From NCBI GenBank assembly GCA_000091205.1, contig AP006497.2: a stretch of DNA of 64,000 nt, one strand, 5' to 3'. Made by a program: the position numbers and the translations under genes. The stretch's first letter is position 1, and the number at the start of each line of letters is the position of its first letter. The notes under the pieces are model-generated. The model was not told the DNA's origin and made no database searches. It saw only the letters and a list, made by a program, of their open reading frames with translations. Positions 63,473 to 64,000 of this stretch are shown in pieces. The DNA comes from Cyanidioschyzon merolae. Lineage: Eukaryota.

Positions 63473-64000
63473 AGAGAGAGGCTGGGAATCTTTGATGATG
63501 CGACTGGTAGCAGCTTTGAGGAAAGCATTCACCGTTCCACGCCTTAGTCGTCAGAATTCCAACACCCTTGCTTTCCCGCGGAGATACTGGTTATTCCTCG
63601 TGTTCGCTCGAGCGCCAAGTGCATCGATTGCGCGTCCACAGTGACGTCTGTAGCGCCGGTGCGGACACAGCACGAAACCAGAGCGGCTTTTGTCATGCCA
63701 CTGAGTATCTTGGCTCGAGACGGGCGCGTTTGTGCCGCTACGGGCGCTTTTTATTGAGCGCATCGACACCCTCCGGAAGGTTGCCGGACTGGATGCGGGA
63801 GAAGTGAAGCGCCCTAACCTTATGATCGTAAAATGATCAGAACTGTATAGATAGTGTTGCACCGCTTTCGTTCGCGAAGAGGACGCCTCCGCTGCCTGGT
63901 TTCTTATAGTTTTTCAACTCATTTATGTTCCAGTACCTCTGCGATATAGAGCAGGAGATCGAAATCCGGTTTTAATGTATCCTACAGATCGTAGACGAAT

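Overview
This window is nuclear DNA from a GC-rich, intron-poor eukaryote, most likely plastid-bearing (inference). About 17 conserved proteins are each encoded as a single uninterrupted ORF, including Mg-chelatase ChlH, a VKOR-thioredoxin fusion, a plastid-type RlmH, delta-COP, SNF1- and GSK3-like kinases, an M16 peptidase, a JmjC demethylase, a TRM2-like methyltransferase and an exosome RNase PH subunit.

The ORF track uses TTG, GTG and CTG as starts. I moved eukaryotic CDS starts to the first in-frame ATG where needed.

The main candidate for an undescribed system is a family of TnpB/Fanzor-like (OMEGA-type, RuvC-fold) transposon elements. Two copies are near-identical, about 1.97 kb each, in direct orientation at 38590-40557 and 48310-50278. 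Both share a +1 frameshift. Each sits just upstream of the start codon of a minus-strand gene. Two decayed 3'-terminal relics lie at 17697-18053 and 29700-29850.

Also notable:
- A 1.36-kb perfect-spacing inverted repeat (796-2152 and 4539-5893) encloses the delta-COP gene, with an older partial copy of the same repeat at about 12850-13260.
- A six-unit 50-bp tandem array lies in the 5' leader of the M16 peptidase gene.
- The LeuA/VKOR bidirectional promoter is packed with microsatellites, including a (TG)n(CG)n tract.
- The GSK3 and M16 genes converge with stop codons 133 bp apart.
- A DUF1992 gene abutting one Fanzor-like copy has no in-frame ATG.

I found no rRNA, no convincing tRNA and no CRISPR array.
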